Shown here piece after piece: positions 28,908 through 41,286 of a stretch of 64,000 nucleotides of DNA. The DNA comes from an alpha proteobacterium MED-G09 (GTDB lineage: Bacteria > Pseudomonadota > Alphaproteobacteria > MED-G09). A program made the position numbers and the translations under genes. The stretch spans positions 6,469 to 70,468 of the forward strand of contig CAJIZT010000009.1 in NCBI GenBank assembly GCA_905182015.1, in the 5' to 3' direction. The stretch's first letter is position 1, and each line of letters begins with the position of its first letter. The notes beneath the pieces were generated by a model that was given only the letters and a program-made list of their open reading frames with translations, was not told the origin of the DNA and searched no databases.

Positions 28908-31900
28908 ATGCCAAAAAGAAAAGATTTGAAAAGTATTCTGGTTGTGGGCGCAGGTCCTATAGTTATTGGTCAAGCTTGTGAGTTTGATTATTCCGGGACT
29001 CAGGCATGTAAGGCATTAAAAAAAGATGGTTATAGAATCATTTTAATTAACTCAAACCCTGCAACAATAATGACGGATCCAGATGTAGCCGATAAGACAT
29101 ATATTGAACCAATAACTGCGGAATTTTTAGAAAAAATTATATTAAAAGAAAAACCTGACGCTCTCTTGCCAACCATGGGAGGTCAAACGGCCTTAAATGT
29201 ATCATTAGAGGTTTCTAATTCTGGATTTCTTAAAAAACATAAAGTTGAATTAATTGGTGCTGATGAAGAGGCTATATCAAAAGCTGAAGACAGAGATAAA
29301 TTCCGCAAAGCTATGAAGAAGATAGGATTAAAAACTCCCAAATCATTTGTTTCTAAGTCGCTGGAAAATGCCCTATCGAATCTTGATAGTATTGGGCTTC
29401 CTGTAATAATAAGGCCCTCCTTTACACTTGGCGGAACGGGCGGAGGTATCGCAACCAGTCTTGAGGAATATAAAAAAATAGCATCCCAAGGGATTGAGAG
29501 CTCTCCGACTAATGAGATTCTTGTAGAAGAATCTGTTGCCGGATGGAAGGAGTATGAGATGGAGGTCGTTAGGGATAAGGCTGATAATTGTATTATAATA
29601 TGTTCGATAGAAAATATTGACCCAATGGGTGTTCATACAGGCGATTCAATAACAGTTGCTCCAGCTTTAACCCTAACTGACAAGGAATATCAGAATCTAA
29701 GAGTAGCTTCTATTAATATACTAAAAGAAATTGGAGTAGATACCGGTGGATCAAATGTGCAGTTTGCTATTAATCCAAAAAATGGTGATATGGTTGTTAT
29801 CGAAATGAATCCTAGAGTCTCAAGATCATCTGCATTAGCCTCAAAAGCAACTGGTTTTCCTATCGCAAAAATCGCAGCCCTACTTGCAGTTGGCTATACT
29901 CTTGATGAACTAAAGAATGATATTACCAAAACAACACCTGCATCCTTCGAGCCATCAATAGATTATGTTGTTACAAAGATACCAAGATTTGCATTCGAAA
30001 AATTTCCTGGCTCAGATCCAACACTCTCCTCCTCTATGAAGTCGGTTGGTGAAGCAATGGCTATAGGAAAGAACTTTAAAGAGTCACTTCAAAAAGCACT
30101 TCGGTCCCTAGAAACAGGATTAAGTGGCTTTGACGAATTTCTTATTTCGCCTGATATAAAGGAGATAGAGGAGAGATTAAAAAAGACCTCACCTGAAAGA
30201 ATATTAATCATAGCAGATGCTATTAGAGCTGGTATTACTTTATCAAGAATCCATGAGCTTACATTTTATGATCCATGGTTCTTAAGTCAAATAAATGAAA
30301 TAATTTTGACCGAAAAAGAATTGAAAGAAAAAGGTATGCCCGAGGATAGAGAGAATATTCTTCTTCTCAAAACCCAAGGATTCTCTGATAAAAGACTTGC
30401 AAAAATTACAAATAAAAAAGAGTCACAAATAAGACAATTAAGAGATAACTTTAAAATAAAACCAACTTACAAAAGAGTTGATACTTGTGCAGCAGAGTTT
30501 GATTCCAATACCGCCTACATGTATTCAACATATACCGATGCCATTTTTTCAAATTCACTTGTTAACGAATCTCAGCCGTCAGATAACAATAAGGTTATAA
30601 TACTTGGAGGCGGACCAAACCGTATCGGACAAGGAATTGAATTTGATTACTGCTGTTGCCACGCTTCTTTTGCCCTAGAGGAATTAGGAATTGAAAGCAT
30701 AATGATTAATTGTAATCCAGAAACTGTTTCAACTGACTATGATACATCGGACCGTTTATATTTTGAGCCTTTAAATTTTGAAGATGTTCTTGAGATCATT
30801 AAGATTGAATCCCTTAAAGGAAATCTAATGGGAATTATTGTTCAGTTTGGAGGTCAAACGCCACTCAAGTTAGCCAGAGAAATAGAGGAAAGTAATTTAA
30901 ATGTTCCAATATTAGGGACATCGCAAGATGCGATAGATCTGGCCGAAGATAGAGATAGATTTAAGAATCTTGTCAATAATCTAAAAATTTTACAACCTGA
31001 AAATGGTATAGCCAAGTCATCAGAAGAGGCAATGGAGATAGTAAAAAGGGTGGGCTATCCAGTAGTTATTAGACCCTCCTACGTTCTTGGGGGTAGGGCA
31101 ATGGAAATTGTTCACTCAGATAAACAATTACAGAAGTACATGAAAGAGGCAGTTATTGTGTCTGGTGAAAATCCAGTATTGATTGATTCATATCTTCGAG
31201 ATGCCATTGAAGTTGATATAGATGCTTTGTCAGATGGTCAGGATGTTTTTATTGCTGGTATTCTCGAGCATATAGAAGAGGCAGGAGTCCATTCTGGTGA
31301 CTCAGCATGCTCAATTCCGCCCTTTTCTTTAAATGAAAAAATTCTAAAAGAACTCGAAGATCAGGTGAGACTATTAGCAAAAGGTTTAAATGTTATAGGA
31401 TTAATGAATGTTCAGTTTGCTATTAAAGATGATACAATATTTATACTGGAGGTTAACCCCAGGGCAAGTAGAACAGTTCCATTTATTGCTAAAGTTCTTG
31501 GAAAACCAATAGCCAAAATTGCAACAAAAATAATGCTCGGCAATAAAATAAAAGATATGGGACTAAAAGAAAGTAGGATCCCTCATTTTGCTATTAAAGA
31601 AGCTGTTTTTCCATTTAAAAGATTTTCTGGTGTAGACACTATCCTTGGACCAGAAATGCGATCCACGGGTGAGGTAATGGGAATTGATAAGGACTTTGGA
31701 ATGGCTTTCGCTAAAAGTCAAATAGCCAGTGGAACCAAGGTACCAAAAAAAGGTATTGTATTTATATCGGTTAAAGACACTGATAAGAATAAAATTCTAA
31801 ACCCAGCCTCACAATTAATTAATATGGGTTTTTCTATTACAGCAACAGATGGAACAGCAGAGTACTTAAATAAAAATGGCGTTACTGCAAAAAAGATTAA

Positions 31901-32153
31901 TAAGGTTCTAGAAGGAAGTCCTCATATCGTTGAGGCTATTAAGGAAGGTCAAATTTCTTTAGTTTTCAATACAACAGAAACGCCTCAGGCAATAAAGGAT
32001 TCTAAATCAATTAGAAGATCAGCCCTGGAGGCTGAGGTTCCATACTATACAACTGTTTCAGGAGCAACTGCTGCTGTACTAGGAATAAAAGCAGTTACAG
32101 GTAGCGAGCTTTCAATTAAGACAATTCAATCATACGGTGAATTACTTAACTAG
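28908..32153 (+). CDS. carB: carbamoyl-phosphate synthase large subunit
   Basis: Duplicated ATP-grasp halves ([17 protein letters not shown] and [17 protein letters not shown]) and an MGS-like C-terminus. ATG at 28908 follows the carA stop by 1 nt; the track's TTG at 28893 is less likely. Confidence 0.96.
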   Translation: MPKRKDLKSILVVGAGPIVIGQACEFDYSGTQACKALKKDGYRIILINSNPATIMTDPDVADKTYIEPITAEFLEKIILKEKPDALLPTMGGQTALNVSLEVSNSGFLKKHKVELIGADEEAISKAEDRDKFRKAMKKIGLKTPKSFVSKSLENALSNLDSIGLPVIIRPSFTLGGTGGGIATSLEEYKKIASQGIESSPTNEILVEESVAGWKEYEMEVVRDKADNCIIICSIENIDPMGVHTGDSITVAPALTLTDKEYQNLRVASINILKEIGVDTGGSNVQFAINPKNGDMVVIEMNPRVSRSSALASKATGFPIAKIAALLAVGYTLDELKNDITKTTPASFEPSIDYVVTKIPRFAFEKFPGSDPTLSSSMKSVGEAMAIGKNFKESLQKALRSLETGLSGFDEFLISPDIKEIEERLKKTSPERILIIADAIRAGITLSRIHELTFYDPWFLSQINEIILTEKELKEKGMPEDRENILLLKTQGFSDKRLAKITNKKESQIRQLRDNFKIKPTYKRVDTCAAEFDSNTAYMYSTYTDAIFSNSLVNESQPSDNNKVIILGGGPNRIGQGIEFDYCCCHASFALEELGIESIMINCNPETVSTDYDTSDRLYFEPLNFEDVLEIIKIESLKGNLMGIIVQFGGQTPLKLAREIEESNLNVPILGTSQDAIDLAEDRDRFKNLVNNLKILQPENGIAKSSEEAMEIVKRVGYPVVIRPSYVLGGRAMEIVHSDKQLQKYMKEAVIVSGENPVLIDSYLRDAIEVDIDALSDGQDVFIAGILEHIEEAGVHSGDSACSIPPFSLNEKILKELEDQVRLLAKGLNVIGLMNVQFAIKDDTIFILEVNPRASRTVPFIAKVLGKPIAKIATKIMLGNKIKDMGLKESRIPHFAIKEAVFPFKRFSGVDTILGPEMRSTGEVMGIDKDFGMAFAKSQIASGTKVPKKGIVFISVKDTDKNKILNPASQLINMGFSITATDGTAEYLNKNGVTAKKINKVLEGSPHIVEAIKEGQISLVFNTTETPQAIKDSKSIRRSALEAEVPYYTTVSGATAAVLGIKAVTGSELSIKTIQSYGELLN

Positions 32154-32201
32154 AATCGATTTTTTTCTTAAAAATTAACAAATACTAGGTTAGAGTGTTT
32201 T

Positions 32202-32675
32202 ATGAATAAAATACCAATAACATCTGAGGGCAAGACTTTGGTTGAAGACGATCTAAAGAATCGCAAAGCCATTGAACGTCCAAGAATAATTAATTCGATT
32301 GCTGAAGCAAGAGCTCACGGCGACTTATCAGAAAATGCTGAATATCATGCCGCTAAAGAGGAGCAAAGCCATAATGAAACTAAAATTATGGAGCTAGAGG
32401 GTATTCTGGGTAGGGCAGAGGTTATTGATCCATCAATGCTATCCGGAGATGAAATAAAATTTAGCGCAACAGTTGTTATAGTTGATGAAGAAACTAATTT
32501 AGAATCCAAATATAAAATTGTAGGAGAGGTCGAAGCAGATTTTAAATCTGGTAAAATATCAATTCAATCACCTTTAGCAAAAGCATTAATTGGAAAATCT
32601 ACCGGAGATTCGGTTGAAGTTAATACCCCTGGCGGAGGAAAATCCTACGAAATTCTAAAGATAGAATATATTTAA
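32202..32675 (+). CDS. greA: transcription elongation factor GreA
   Basis: 157 aa with [16 protein letters not shown]... and C-terminal SP.A.ALIGK..GD.V.V..P.G...YEI..I.Y. Confidence 0.95.
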   Translation: MNKIPITSEGKTLVEDDLKNRKAIERPRIINSIAEARAHGDLSENAEYHAAKEEQSHNETKIMELEGILGRAEVIDPSMLSGDEIKFSATVVIVDEETNLESKYKIVGEVEADFKSGKISIQSPLAKALIGKSTGDSVEVNTPGGGKSYEILKIEYI

Positions 32676-33125
32676 TTAATTGATAAGATTGGTACCGAAA
32701 TAGAAATTCTCGTTTATTTTATACTTTGCTACATCACCCCCTGATATTTCCAAGGCAGCTATAACTGGTAATTTTGATTTAACTCTTCTCAAACTCATTG
32801 GTTTTAAGTTTTGGTGGATAGAATCAATAGATCCGTCACTCTTTATGAAAATTATATCTAATGGAATTACTGTATTTTTCATCCAGAAGGATGCTTTTTT
32901 GGAGTTTTTAAAAATAAATAGCATGCCCTCTTTTAGCTCTAAACTCTCACGAAACATTAATCCTTTGGCCTGATCTTCCAGTGAAGATACAACTTCAACT
33001 TTATATTCTAAATGGACTCCATCTGGGTTAAATATTTTAATATACTCCAATGTATCGGCGTGAGTAATTTTAATAGAGAGGCAAAACAAGAAAGCAATAA
33101 CTACACAATATCTCATGCTACTCAA
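32676..33125 (-). CDS. DUF192 family secreted protein
   Basis: Signal peptide, ..GLMFR..L....GMLF.F......FWMKNT.IPLD..F, and ALE..GG near the C-terminus. It overlaps lpxK by 8 nt. Confidence 0.75.
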   Translation of the reverse strand: MSSMRYCVVIAFLFCLSIKITHADTLEYIKIFNPDGVHLEYKVEVVSSLEDQAKGLMFRESLELKEGMLFIFKNSKKASFWMKNTVIPLDIIFIKSDGSIDSIHQNLKPMSLRRVKSKLPVIAALEISGGDVAKYKINENFYFGTNLIN

Positions 33126-34137
33126 CTCCGGAATTAATAGTTTGAGCTAAAAATTCTAATAAGAAATCTTGATCAATAATAATTTCTAACTCAGCAACTC
33201 TAGATTCTAAAAATAACTTCTCCCTGTAGGACCCTTTTGGTGAATTTTTTAATCTAGCGTAATCTTTATCGGTGGTAACAATGTCGGCGTCTTCTTTGTG
33301 AGAGGTATCTAAAATCATGCGCGCTTTTTTTTCACTAATCGCTTCGTGATCGTGAAATATAAAATTTCTTATAATATTGAAGCCCTTATCCGCAACTCCT
33401 TTTGTAAATTTTCTTGGATTTGATATACCAGAATAAAGAATTACATCAGGTTTAATGCTATCCTCTAAAACAGTATTATACTTAGCGGTAAGCTGTGGGC
33501 CTCTCCATAATTCTTTAATTTCATTAATGGAAATATGCTCCTCTCCAATTGAATCAATAAAAATTATTAGATCAGTCCTTTTTAATCCATCAGCTAAAGA
33601 CTCCCTCATTGGACCAAATGGAATTAAAGAGCCGTTGCCAAAACCCTTTGATAGATCGACTAAAACAATACTTATATCCTTTTTTATTGAAGGGTTTTGA
33701 AAGCCATCGTCAAGGATCGCTACATTAACTGGTGTCTTTTCCAAAATTTTAATAGCTTCTTTTCTATTCCTAGATACTACCGTTAGGCCATCCATGGAAT
33801 GCAAAATGGATTCATCTCCAAATTCTTTTGGTAAATCAGTTTCAGTAATAATTTTTGTTAAATTATTACTCCCACCATAGCCCCTTAAGATTACTCCTGT
33901 TGTAAGCCCTTTGGATTCAATTACTCTCCTAATAAGTCTTGTAAAAGGAGTTTTCCCTTGACCACCTACTACAAAATTACCAACACAAACTACAGGAATT
34001 GAAGAGGAATATTCTTTAACAAAAAAATTCTTAAAGAAAATTATTAAGCTTAAAAATAAACTCCATATAAAAATAAGACAATTTATTGGAAATGGGGGGT
34101 TAGAGTACCACCAGAATTTTGGTTCACTTATTCTCAT
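33118..34137 (-). CDS. lpxK: tetraacyldisaccharide 4'-kinase
   Basis: P-loop GNFVVGGQGKTP, the ILRGYGG motif and GDE. Confidence 0.9.
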   Translation of the reverse strand: MRISEPKFWWYSNPPFPINCLIFIWSLFLSLIIFFKNFFVKEYSSSIPVVCVGNFVVGGQGKTPFTRLIRRVIESKGLTTGVILRGYGGSNNLTKIITETDLPKEFGDESILHSMDGLTVVSRNRKEAIKILEKTPVNVAILDDGFQNPSIKKDISIVLVDLSKGFGNGSLIPFGPMRESLADGLKRTDLIIFIDSIGEEHISINEIKELWRGPQLTAKYNTVLEDSIKPDVILYSGISNPRKFTKGVADKGFNIIRNFIFHDHEAISEKKARMILDTSHKEDADIVTTDKDYARLKNSPKGSYREKLFLESRVAELEIIIDQDFLLEFLAQTINSGVE

Positions 34138-35389
34138 TTTTTAAACCAATAATTTTTGTAGCTACTTTAACTGCAGCACCACCAAGCGAATTCGCGTAAT
34201 TTTTTGATTCTAGAGCCATACTCTTTATTAAAGATAAATTTTTAATGGCTTTCAGATCATCATAGCTGTTGATAACCTTAGCTCCTCCGCACTCTATTAA
34301 GCCGTTGTACTCTTCCTTAAAGTTATAAAAGTAAGGGCCAGTAAAAATAGCATTATTAAGTCGAGCAGCCTCTATTGGGTTATGACCCCCTATATTTTCA
34401 AAAGAACCACCCAAAAGAACATACGATGCTTTTTCATAAAAATACCCTAACTCGCCAATAGAATCTAAAATTAATATTTTAATACCATCCTTTATTACCA
34501 AAGAATTAGATCGTAAAATAAAATCACAATCAGAAAATCCTTCCGCCTTAATTCTTCCAATAATATTGTCCCTTCGATCAGGGTGTCGTGGTGCCAAAAC
34601 TAAAAACAAATTTGGTCTAGTGGATAAAAGATTTTTAAAGGTTTTTAAAATACCCCCTTCCTCACCAGGGTGAGTTGATGCGGCCACTAACATTATTTTA
34701 TTTATAAAATTTTTTTCAAATTCATAAAAAATTTCCTTATTAAGAGGAAGGCTTTTAGAATCATGCTTTAGATTTCCAAGCATAAGTATATTTTTTCCTC
34801 CTAGATTTTCTAATCTTTTTTTGGAGAGATTATCCTGAGAGATAATAATGGAAAATATAGATAATAAATATTTAATAGTTTTTTTGAAATTAGACCATTT
34901 AGCTTCTGATTTTTTTGTAATGCGAGCGTTTACTAAGGCAATTGGAATTCCTTTTCTTTGTGTTTCAATTAGGATATTGGGCCATATTTCAGATTCAATA
35001 AATACTGAAATATCAGGATTCCAGTGAGACAGGAATCTCACACAATAAGACTTTACGTCCCACGGAAGATACTGGTGGATAACTCCTTTTATACCTCTCT
35101 TAGATAAAATATCTTTTGATGTTTTTGTTCCGGTAGTTAGCAAAATATTATAATCTGGTGCTAATTTAATTAACTCATCGATTAACGGAATAGCCGAAAG
35201 TGTTTCACCAACGCTAGCAGCGTGAATCCAAATAAGCTTTCCTTGGGGTCTCTTTATTTTACAAAAACCTCTTCTTTCAGAAAAATTACCTTTCTCTTCT
35301 TTGTTTCTTAGAAGCCTACCAAGAAAAAAAATGAAAAAGAATGGTCTAAAAAAATTAGCGATAATTTTATAAATACTTAATGTAATCAT
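34124..35389 (-). CDS. waaA: 3-deoxy-D-manno-octulosonic acid (Kdo) transferase
   Basis: WIHAASVGE, APRHP.R and GGS......GHNP.EAA motifs. Confidence 0.92.
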   Translation of the reverse strand: MITLSIYKIIANFFRPFFFIFFLGRLLRNKEEKGNFSERRGFCKIKRPQGKLIWIHAASVGETLSAIPLIDELIKLAPDYNILLTTGTKTSKDILSKRGIKGVIHQYLPWDVKSYCVRFLSHWNPDISVFIESEIWPNILIETQRKGIPIALVNARITKKSEAKWSNFKKTIKYLLSIFSIIISQDNLSKKRLENLGGKNILMLGNLKHDSKSLPLNKEIFYEFEKNFINKIMLVAASTHPGEEGGILKTFKNLLSTRPNLFLVLAPRHPDRRDNIIGRIKAEGFSDCDFILRSNSLVIKDGIKILILDSIGELGYFYEKASYVLLGGSFENIGGHNPIEAARLNNAIFTGPYFYNFKEEYNGLIECGGAKVINSYDDLKAIKNLSLIKSMALESKNYANSLGGAAVKVATKIIGLKNENK

Positions 35390-35395
35390 ACTATT

Positions 35396-36121
35396 TTATT
35401 CTACCCTCCTCTTTGACGCTTCATAAGCTTCGAGTAGTTTATCTTCCAGAATCTTCCTTGCTTCTTCCATTTCTTTCTTTGAAGCATTCCGTTTAATTGA
35501 GATTGGATCTCCCCAAACTACACACCCCCTTCCAAAAGGAAGGTTGATCGTAAATTTATCCCAGTTGTTAAACTCATATCGCCTCGATGTGGCCGCAGCA
35601 ACTGGCACTATAGGAATGCCCGACATTCTTGCTAGCGTTATAACCCCTAATCCAGAAACCTTTCCTGGTCCCGGGGGTTGGTCGGCGGTTAGAGAAACGG
35701 AAGAGTTCAATTTTAAAACTTTTAGCATTGACCTTAAGGCCATTGCGCCTCCCTTTTCTTTAATTCCTAGTTTCTTTGGATTTCCAGCACCGCGAATTAA
35801 TTTAATACCAAAGTTTGAAAGAACAGAACTTATAAAATTTCCATCACCATGTCTTGAGACCAAGGCAAACAAATCCTGCTCCTTGTAATTCCACAGACCT
35901 GGAAGCATTAAACTCTGACCATGCCAATGAACCCAAATAAATGGCTTTTTCTTTTTCCAGAAACTTTTGGGAACGCCCTCATTATAGCGCTCCCATCTAT
36001 TTGTTAAACGAACAAATCTCAGAAAAATAAAAAACAGGTAAGATGCGGGTTTAAGAAAAATAATTTTACTCAATAACGCTCTCCGGAAACTGAGTTTTAA
36101 ATAAAAATGAATACAGTCCAT
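35396..36121 (-). CDS. DUF374 family protein (lysophospholipid acyltransferase-like), LPS-cluster associated
   Basis: WHG......P, SRHGDG..I, and AAT.R motifs. The ATG at 36121 overlaps msbA by 56 nt; a TTG at 36071 that overlaps the msbA stop is an alternative start. Confidence 0.7.
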   Translation of the reverse strand: MDCIHFYLKLSFRRALLSKIIFLKPASYLFFIFLRFVRLTNRWERYNEGVPKSFWKKKKPFIWVHWHGQSLMLPGLWNYKEQDLFALVSRHGDGNFISSVLSNFGIKLIRGAGNPKKLGIKEKGGAMALRSMLKVLKLNSSVSLTADQPPGPGKVSGLGVITLARMSGIPIVPVAAATSRRYEFNNWDKFTINLPFGRGCVVWGDPISIKRNASKKEMEEARKILEDKLLEAYEASKRRVE

Positions 36122-37832
36122 CTTTTTTAATCAAATATTCGTGATTTCCTTCCTCAACGATCTTTCCTTTGTCCATAACATATATCTTATCAACATTTCT
36201 TACAGTTGAAAGCCTGTGAGCTATAACTAATGCAGTTTTATTTTTTATTAATGCATCTAATGCAATTTGAACTTTCTTCTCAGAATCGCTATCTAAAGAA
36301 GATGTTGCCTCATCTAACAAAAGTATAGGAGCATTTTTAATCATCGCTCTAGCTATTGCAATTCTCTGTTTTTGTCCTCCAGATATTCTTACACCTGCCT
36401 CACCTGCGACAGTATTGTAACCATCAGGTAAATCTTTAACAAAGTCATCCACGAGAGAATCTTTGCAGACTTTCTGGAAAAACTCTTCATCAATATGGTT
36501 ATTACCAAATATTATATTTTCTCTTATTGAAAGATCAAATATAAGCGCATCCTGTGAAACCAAGGCCGATGCCTTTCTTAAATCTGATAACATTAAATCT
36601 TTAATATCCTCGCCCCCAATTATAATTTTTCCTGCTGATGTATCGTAAAATCTCGGTACAAGATTCAACAGGCTGGACTTGCCGGCGCCAGAGGGTCCAA
36701 CAAACGCAACTGTTTGGCCGGCAATAATCTCCATTGAAATATTATTAAGAACATAATTATTATCATCAGAGTATGAGAAAGAGACATTTTGAAAACTGAT
36801 TGATCCAAGAACCTTATTAGTCTTTTTTAATCCCTTTTTATCTTTAATCATCGGCTCATTATCAAGTATAGGAAAAAGTCTCTGAGATGCTGCAACGCCC
36901 TCTTGAAGCATGGCCTGTAAGTTTGCAACCGCCTTTAGAGGGCCGTAAAGTAAGCCAGATGCAGTAGTAAAGGCCATAAAGCTACCAACAGTCATTAGTC
37001 CATCTAAGGACTTATTGCCGGCATAATAAATTATAAAAGCAATTGCAAACCCAGTCACAATTTCCATGATTGGTGCAGAAGCTGATCTAGCCCTTACGCC
37101 TTTCATTGAAAAATTAACAACTTGGTCAATTATTATTGTTGCTTTTTTTAAATGAATTTTTTCCTTACCATAGGCTTTGATAATTCTTATTCCCTTTAAA
37201 GTTTCGGAGACTAGAGCAGATAAGGTGCCAATCTCTTCTAAACTCATTCGTATCGCCTTTCTTAATTTTTTTCCAAGAAGCTTTAAACCTATTGCAGCAG
37301 GTGGTAAAACTATAAAAAAGATAATAGCTAAAGTTGAATCTATATAAAATAAATATGCAATAAGGCCTACAACCATGAGAATATTTCTAGATAAATTAAC
37401 AACAACAGAGGACATAGTCTCGCGTAGCTTAGAAGAATCTGCGGTAAAGCTAGATATAAATCTAGCTGAATGTATAGAGTTAATGTAAGAGAGATCGGAA
37501 TTTAAAATCGATTTGTATAAGTCTTTTTGAAGAGACCCAACTATTCTTTGACCTATGAAATTTACAGATACATTCGCACCGAATGTTCCTATAGCTCTTA
37601 TTAACATAATTAGTACTGCAATAAGAGGAAGTACGGTAAGCATACTCCTGTCGGCATTAACAAAAATGTCATCAATTACGCGCCGGATTAACTCTGGAAG
37701 TGCCGGTGTTGTTAAGGCAACTATTGCATTGCAGAATAAGGCTATTAGCAATAACCGTGTTGATCCTGCGGCATAATCGCTCCATATTCTTTTAATGGTT
37801 AGGAGTGTATAATATTTATCATTATCTTTCAT
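36066..37832 (-). CDS. msbA: lipid A export ABC transporter (permease/ATPase fusion)
   Basis: Six-TM ABC exporter domain plus an NBD (GPSGAGKSS, ISGGQKQRIAIARA, LLLDEATSSLD). It is adjacent to waaA and lpxK. Confidence 0.88.
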   Translation of the reverse strand: MKDNDKYYTLLTIKRIWSDYAAGSTRLLLIALFCNAIVALTTPALPELIRRVIDDIFVNADRSMLTVLPLIAVLIMLIRAIGTFGANVSVNFIGQRIVGSLQKDLYKSILNSDLSYINSIHSARFISSFTADSSKLRETMSSVVVNLSRNILMVVGLIAYLFYIDSTLAIIFFIVLPPAAIGLKLLGKKLRKAIRMSLEEIGTLSALVSETLKGIRIIKAYGKEKIHLKKATIIIDQVVNFSMKGVRARSASAPIMEIVTGFAIAFIIYYAGNKSLDGLMTVGSFMAFTTASGLLYGPLKAVANLQAMLQEGVAASQRLFPILDNEPMIKDKKGLKKTNKVLGSISFQNVSFSYSDDNNYVLNNISMEIIAGQTVAFVGPSGAGKSSLLNLVPRFYDTSAGKIIIGGEDIKDLMLSDLRKASALVSQDALIFDLSIRENIIFGNNHIDEEFFQKVCKDSLVDDFVKDLPDGYNTVAGEAGVRISGGQKQRIAIARAMIKNAPILLLDEATSSLDSDSEKKVQIALDALIKNKTALVIAHRLSTVRNVDKIYVMDKGKIVEEGNHEYLIKKDGLYSFLFKTQFPESVIE

Positions 37833-37962
37833 TTTCTTCCACTAGGTAGACTTATATATAAAAACCTTAACACGCTCATGTATTATCATAAAGATTGAAT
37901 AGTATATTGCTTGTTTAGCTAAATCATCTTAGTTTGTCTTGCTCTCATTGTTTGGTGAAAAT

Positions 37963-39171
37963 ATGTCAATAAAACTATCTAAAAATTTAGAAAATATACC
38001 TCCTTCTGCTACTGTAACTATGACGCAGCTTGCAAGAGACCTCAAAAATCAAGGAAAGGATGTTGTAAGCCTATCCGCTGGTGAGCCTGATTTCGACACA
38101 CCCGACCATATAAAGATGGCTGCTATTGAGGCTATAGAGCGTGGTGAAACTAAATATACCGCAGTTGATGGGATTGATGAACTAAAAGAAGCTATCATAA
38201 GAAAGTTTCAAAAAGATAATAACCTTACATTTCTCAAAGAAAATATTTCTGTTGCCCCTGGAGGTAAGCCAATTATTTATAATGCAATGATTGCAACCCT
38301 AAATCATGGTGATGAGGTAATTATACCGGCTCCATATTGGGTTAGTTATCCCGATATAGTAAAGCTAGCAGGGGGTACGCCAGTAATAATAAAGACAAGT
38401 GAAGAAAGTGACTTCAAAATTAGTGCTAGTGATTTAGAAAAAAATATAACAGAGAACACAAAATGGTTAATTTTAAATTCTCCATCTAATCCCACAGGGG
38501 AAGTTTACTCTAGAAGTGAATTAAAATCTTTAGCAGGGGTGTTAAAAAAATACCCAAATGTTTATATATTATCGGATGATATATACGAACATCTAGTTTA
38601 TGGAGAATTAACTAAGTTTTCTACAATTTCTGAAGTTGAATCTAGTATCGCCGAAAGAACACTGACAATGAATGGTGTATCAAAAGCATACTCAATGACT
38701 GGATGGAGAATCGGTTATTGTGCGGGACCAAAAAAGATTATTGATGCTATGAGAAAGCTTCAAAGTCAATCGACTTCAAATCCATCATCCATTAGTCAGT
38801 GGGCAGCTGTTGAAGCATTAAATGGTAAAAAAGATTTTTTAAAAGGCTGGCTTCTATCCTTTGAGGAAAGAAGGGACAGGGTAGTCGAAATGATTAACTC
38901 AGCCAATGGCCTTACATGCCTTAAGCCTAAGGGAGCTTTTTATGTTTACCCTTCATGTCAAAAAATTATTGGAAAGAAGACGGTTGAAGGGAATGTGATA
39001 AGTAATGACGAAGACTTCGCCATGAATTTATTAAAATATAAGTCGGTTGGAGTTGTTCATGGTGCTGCTTTTGGTTTATCGCCGTATTTTAGAATCTCTT
39101 ATGCAACCTCAATGCAGAAATTAGAAACCGCCTGCAACAGAATAATTGAATTTTGTGATGACCTTGAATGA
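37963..39171 (+). CDS. aatA: aspartate aminotransferase (class I PLP aminotransferase)
   Basis: GEPDFDTP, the NSPSNPTG motif and the PLP-lysine motif [16 protein letters not shown] at 37963 is preferred over the track's TTG at 37939. Confidence 0.88.
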   Translation: MSIKLSKNLENIPPSATVTMTQLARDLKNQGKDVVSLSAGEPDFDTPDHIKMAAIEAIERGETKYTAVDGIDELKEAIIRKFQKDNNLTFLKENISVAPGGKPIIYNAMIATLNHGDEVIIPAPYWVSYPDIVKLAGGTPVIIKTSEESDFKISASDLEKNITENTKWLILNSPSNPTGEVYSRSELKSLAGVLKKYPNVYILSDDIYEHLVYGELTKFSTISEVESSIAERTLTMNGVSKAYSMTGWRIGYCAGPKKIIDAMRKLQSQSTSNPSSISQWAAVEALNGKKDFLKGWLLSFEERRDRVVEMINSANGLTCLKPKGAFYVYPSCQKIIGKKTVEGNVISNDEDFAMNLLKYKSVGVVHGAAFGLSPYFRISYATSMQKLETACNRIIEFCDDLE

Positions 39172-41276
39172 AACAAAGAGAAGATTTTTTAAAAGATGAC
39201 CTTGGACCTTTATTAGAGCATCCAAAAAATAATAACAAAACTGAGCCTAATATACCATTTAAATTAGTTTCCGATTTTAGTCCTGCAGGCGATCAACCCC
39301 ACGCAATACAAGAACTTTTAGCGGGTATAGATAAAGGAGAAAGATCTCAGATATTACTTGGCGTCACAGGTTCCGGAAAAACCTTTACGATGGCAAAAAT
39401 TATTGAGGCTACACAAAAGCCAGCATTAATACTTGCGCCAAATAAAACTCTAGCAGCCCAGCTTTATTCTGAATTTAAAGATTTCTTTCCGGAGAATGCT
39501 GTTGAATATTTTGTATCATATTATGATTACTATCAGCCTGAAGCTTATGTCGCGAGAACAGATACATACATTGAAAAGGATGCAAGTATTAATGAACATA
39601 TTGATAGATTGAGACACTCGGCAACTAGGTCGCTAATGGAGAGAAATGATGTAATCATAGTATCATCAGTTTCTTGCATCTATGGTATTGGGTCTGTTGA
39701 GACTTACTCTTCAATGACTACCGTTGTTGAAAAAGGGGATACGCTAGAAAGGCAAGTTCTTTTAAAAGAACTTGTTACACTACAGTATAAAAGAAATGAC
39801 ACTAGCTTTGTAAGAGGAACGTTTAGAGTTAGAGGCGACATGATAGAGATATGGCCCGCTCACCTTGAGGGAAGAGCATGGAAAATATCATTATGGGGTG
39901 ATGATGTAGAAAGTATAAGTGAATTTGATCCCCTGACAGGAGAAAAAATTAGGTTTTTGGATAGGATAAAGATTTACGCTAATTCACATTATGTAACACC
40001 AAGGCCAACACTCCAACAGGCCTCCAAAGGCATAAAAAAAGAATTACTCCTGACATTAAAACAGCTTGAAAAGGAAAATAAACTTTTAGAGATGCAACGA
40101 TTAGAACAAAGAACTGTTTTTGATTTAGAGATGATGGATGCCACAGGTAGTTGCTCAGGTATTGAAAACTATTCGAGATATTTGACCGGAAGAAAGCCTG
40201 GTGAACCACCCCCGACACTATTTGAGTACCTATCAAACAATTCAATAATCTTTGCTGATGAGAGCCATGTAACAGTTCCACAACTTGGGGCAATGTACAA
40301 AGGGGATTTTAGTAGAAAAACAACTCTTTCCGAACATGGGTTTCGATTGCCGTCATGCAAGGATAATAGACCATTGAAATTTGAAGAATGGGAATTAATG
40401 AGGCCAACAAGTATATTTGTTTCGGCTACCCCCGGGCCCTGGGAATTAGAACAAACTAGTGGAGTATTTGCAGAGCAAATTATCAGGCCAACAGGTTTAA
40501 TCGATCCAGAATGCATAATAAGGCCAGCAATAAACCAGGTGGATGATTTAATTTATGAGTGCAAATCTATTGCTAAAAAAGGACAAAGAGTTCTTGTGAC
40601 TGTCTTAACAAAAAAAATGGCCGAGGATTTAACTGAATACATGAACGAACAAGGCATCAAGGTTCGCTACCTTCACTCAGATATTGATACTCTTGAGAGA
40701 ATAGAGATACTGAGAGATCTTCGAATTGGTGTATTTGATGTTTTGGTCGGCATTAACCTTCTTAGGGAGGGATTAGATATTCCTGAATGCGCATTAGTTG
40801 CGATACTTGATGCTGATAAAGAAGGATTTTTGAGATCAGAAACATCATTAATTCAGACCATGGGCAGGGCTGCTAGGAATATTGAAGGCAAGGTTATATT
40901 ATATGCTGACAAGATGACAGGCTCAATGGAAAGAGCTATTGGAGAAACAAAGAGAAGGAGAGTAAAGCAAGAGCAGTATAATAAAGATAATAACATAACC
41001 CCAATGAGCATTAAAAAGGGCATTAGAGATATACTTGGAAGTATATATGAAAAAAATCACACTAAAATTGATGCTCCAGAAAATTTCGAAGATGATTTAT
41101 TTGTAGGAAACAACTTAAAGAAGCATCTAGAAAAACTAGAAAAAAATATGCTTTCTGCAGCTGAAGATTTAGACTTTGAGAAGGCAACAAAAATAAGGGA
41201 TGAGATCAAAAATCTTAATGAAACTTCATTAATTTTATTAGACAATCCAATGTCAAGAAACATAAGAAAAAAGTAG
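39168..41276 (+). CDS. uvrB: excinuclease ABC subunit B
   Basis: GVTGSGKTF, the beta-hairpin region [10 protein letters not shown], helicase motifs DESH and GRAARN, and a C-terminal UVR domain ([13 protein letters not shown]). ATGA overlap with aatA. Confidence 0.97.
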   Translation: MKQREDFLKDDLGPLLEHPKNNNKTEPNIPFKLVSDFSPAGDQPHAIQELLAGIDKGERSQILLGVTGSGKTFTMAKIIEATQKPALILAPNKTLAAQLYSEFKDFFPENAVEYFVSYYDYYQPEAYVARTDTYIEKDASINEHIDRLRHSATRSLMERNDVIIVSSVSCIYGIGSVETYSSMTTVVEKGDTLERQVLLKELVTLQYKRNDTSFVRGTFRVRGDMIEIWPAHLEGRAWKISLWGDDVESISEFDPLTGEKIRFLDRIKIYANSHYVTPRPTLQQASKGIKKELLLTLKQLEKENKLLEMQRLEQRTVFDLEMMDATGSCSGIENYSRYLTGRKPGEPPPTLFEYLSNNSIIFADESHVTVPQLGAMYKGDFSRKTTLSEHGFRLPSCKDNRPLKFEEWELMRPTSIFVSATPGPWELEQTSGVFAEQIIRPTGLIDPECIIRPAINQVDDLIYECKSIAKKGQRVLVTVLTKKMAEDLTEYMNEQGIKVRYLHSDIDTLERIEILRDLRIGVFDVLVGINLLREGLDIPECALVAILDADKEGFLRSETSLIQTMGRAARNIEGKVILYADKMTGSMERAIGETKRRRVKQEQYNKDNNITPMSIKKGIRDILGSIYEKNHTKIDAPENFEDDLFVGNNLKKHLEKLEKNMLSAAEDLDFEKATKIRDEIKNLNETSLILLDNPMSRNIRKK

Positions 41277-41286
41277 GAAATTAATT

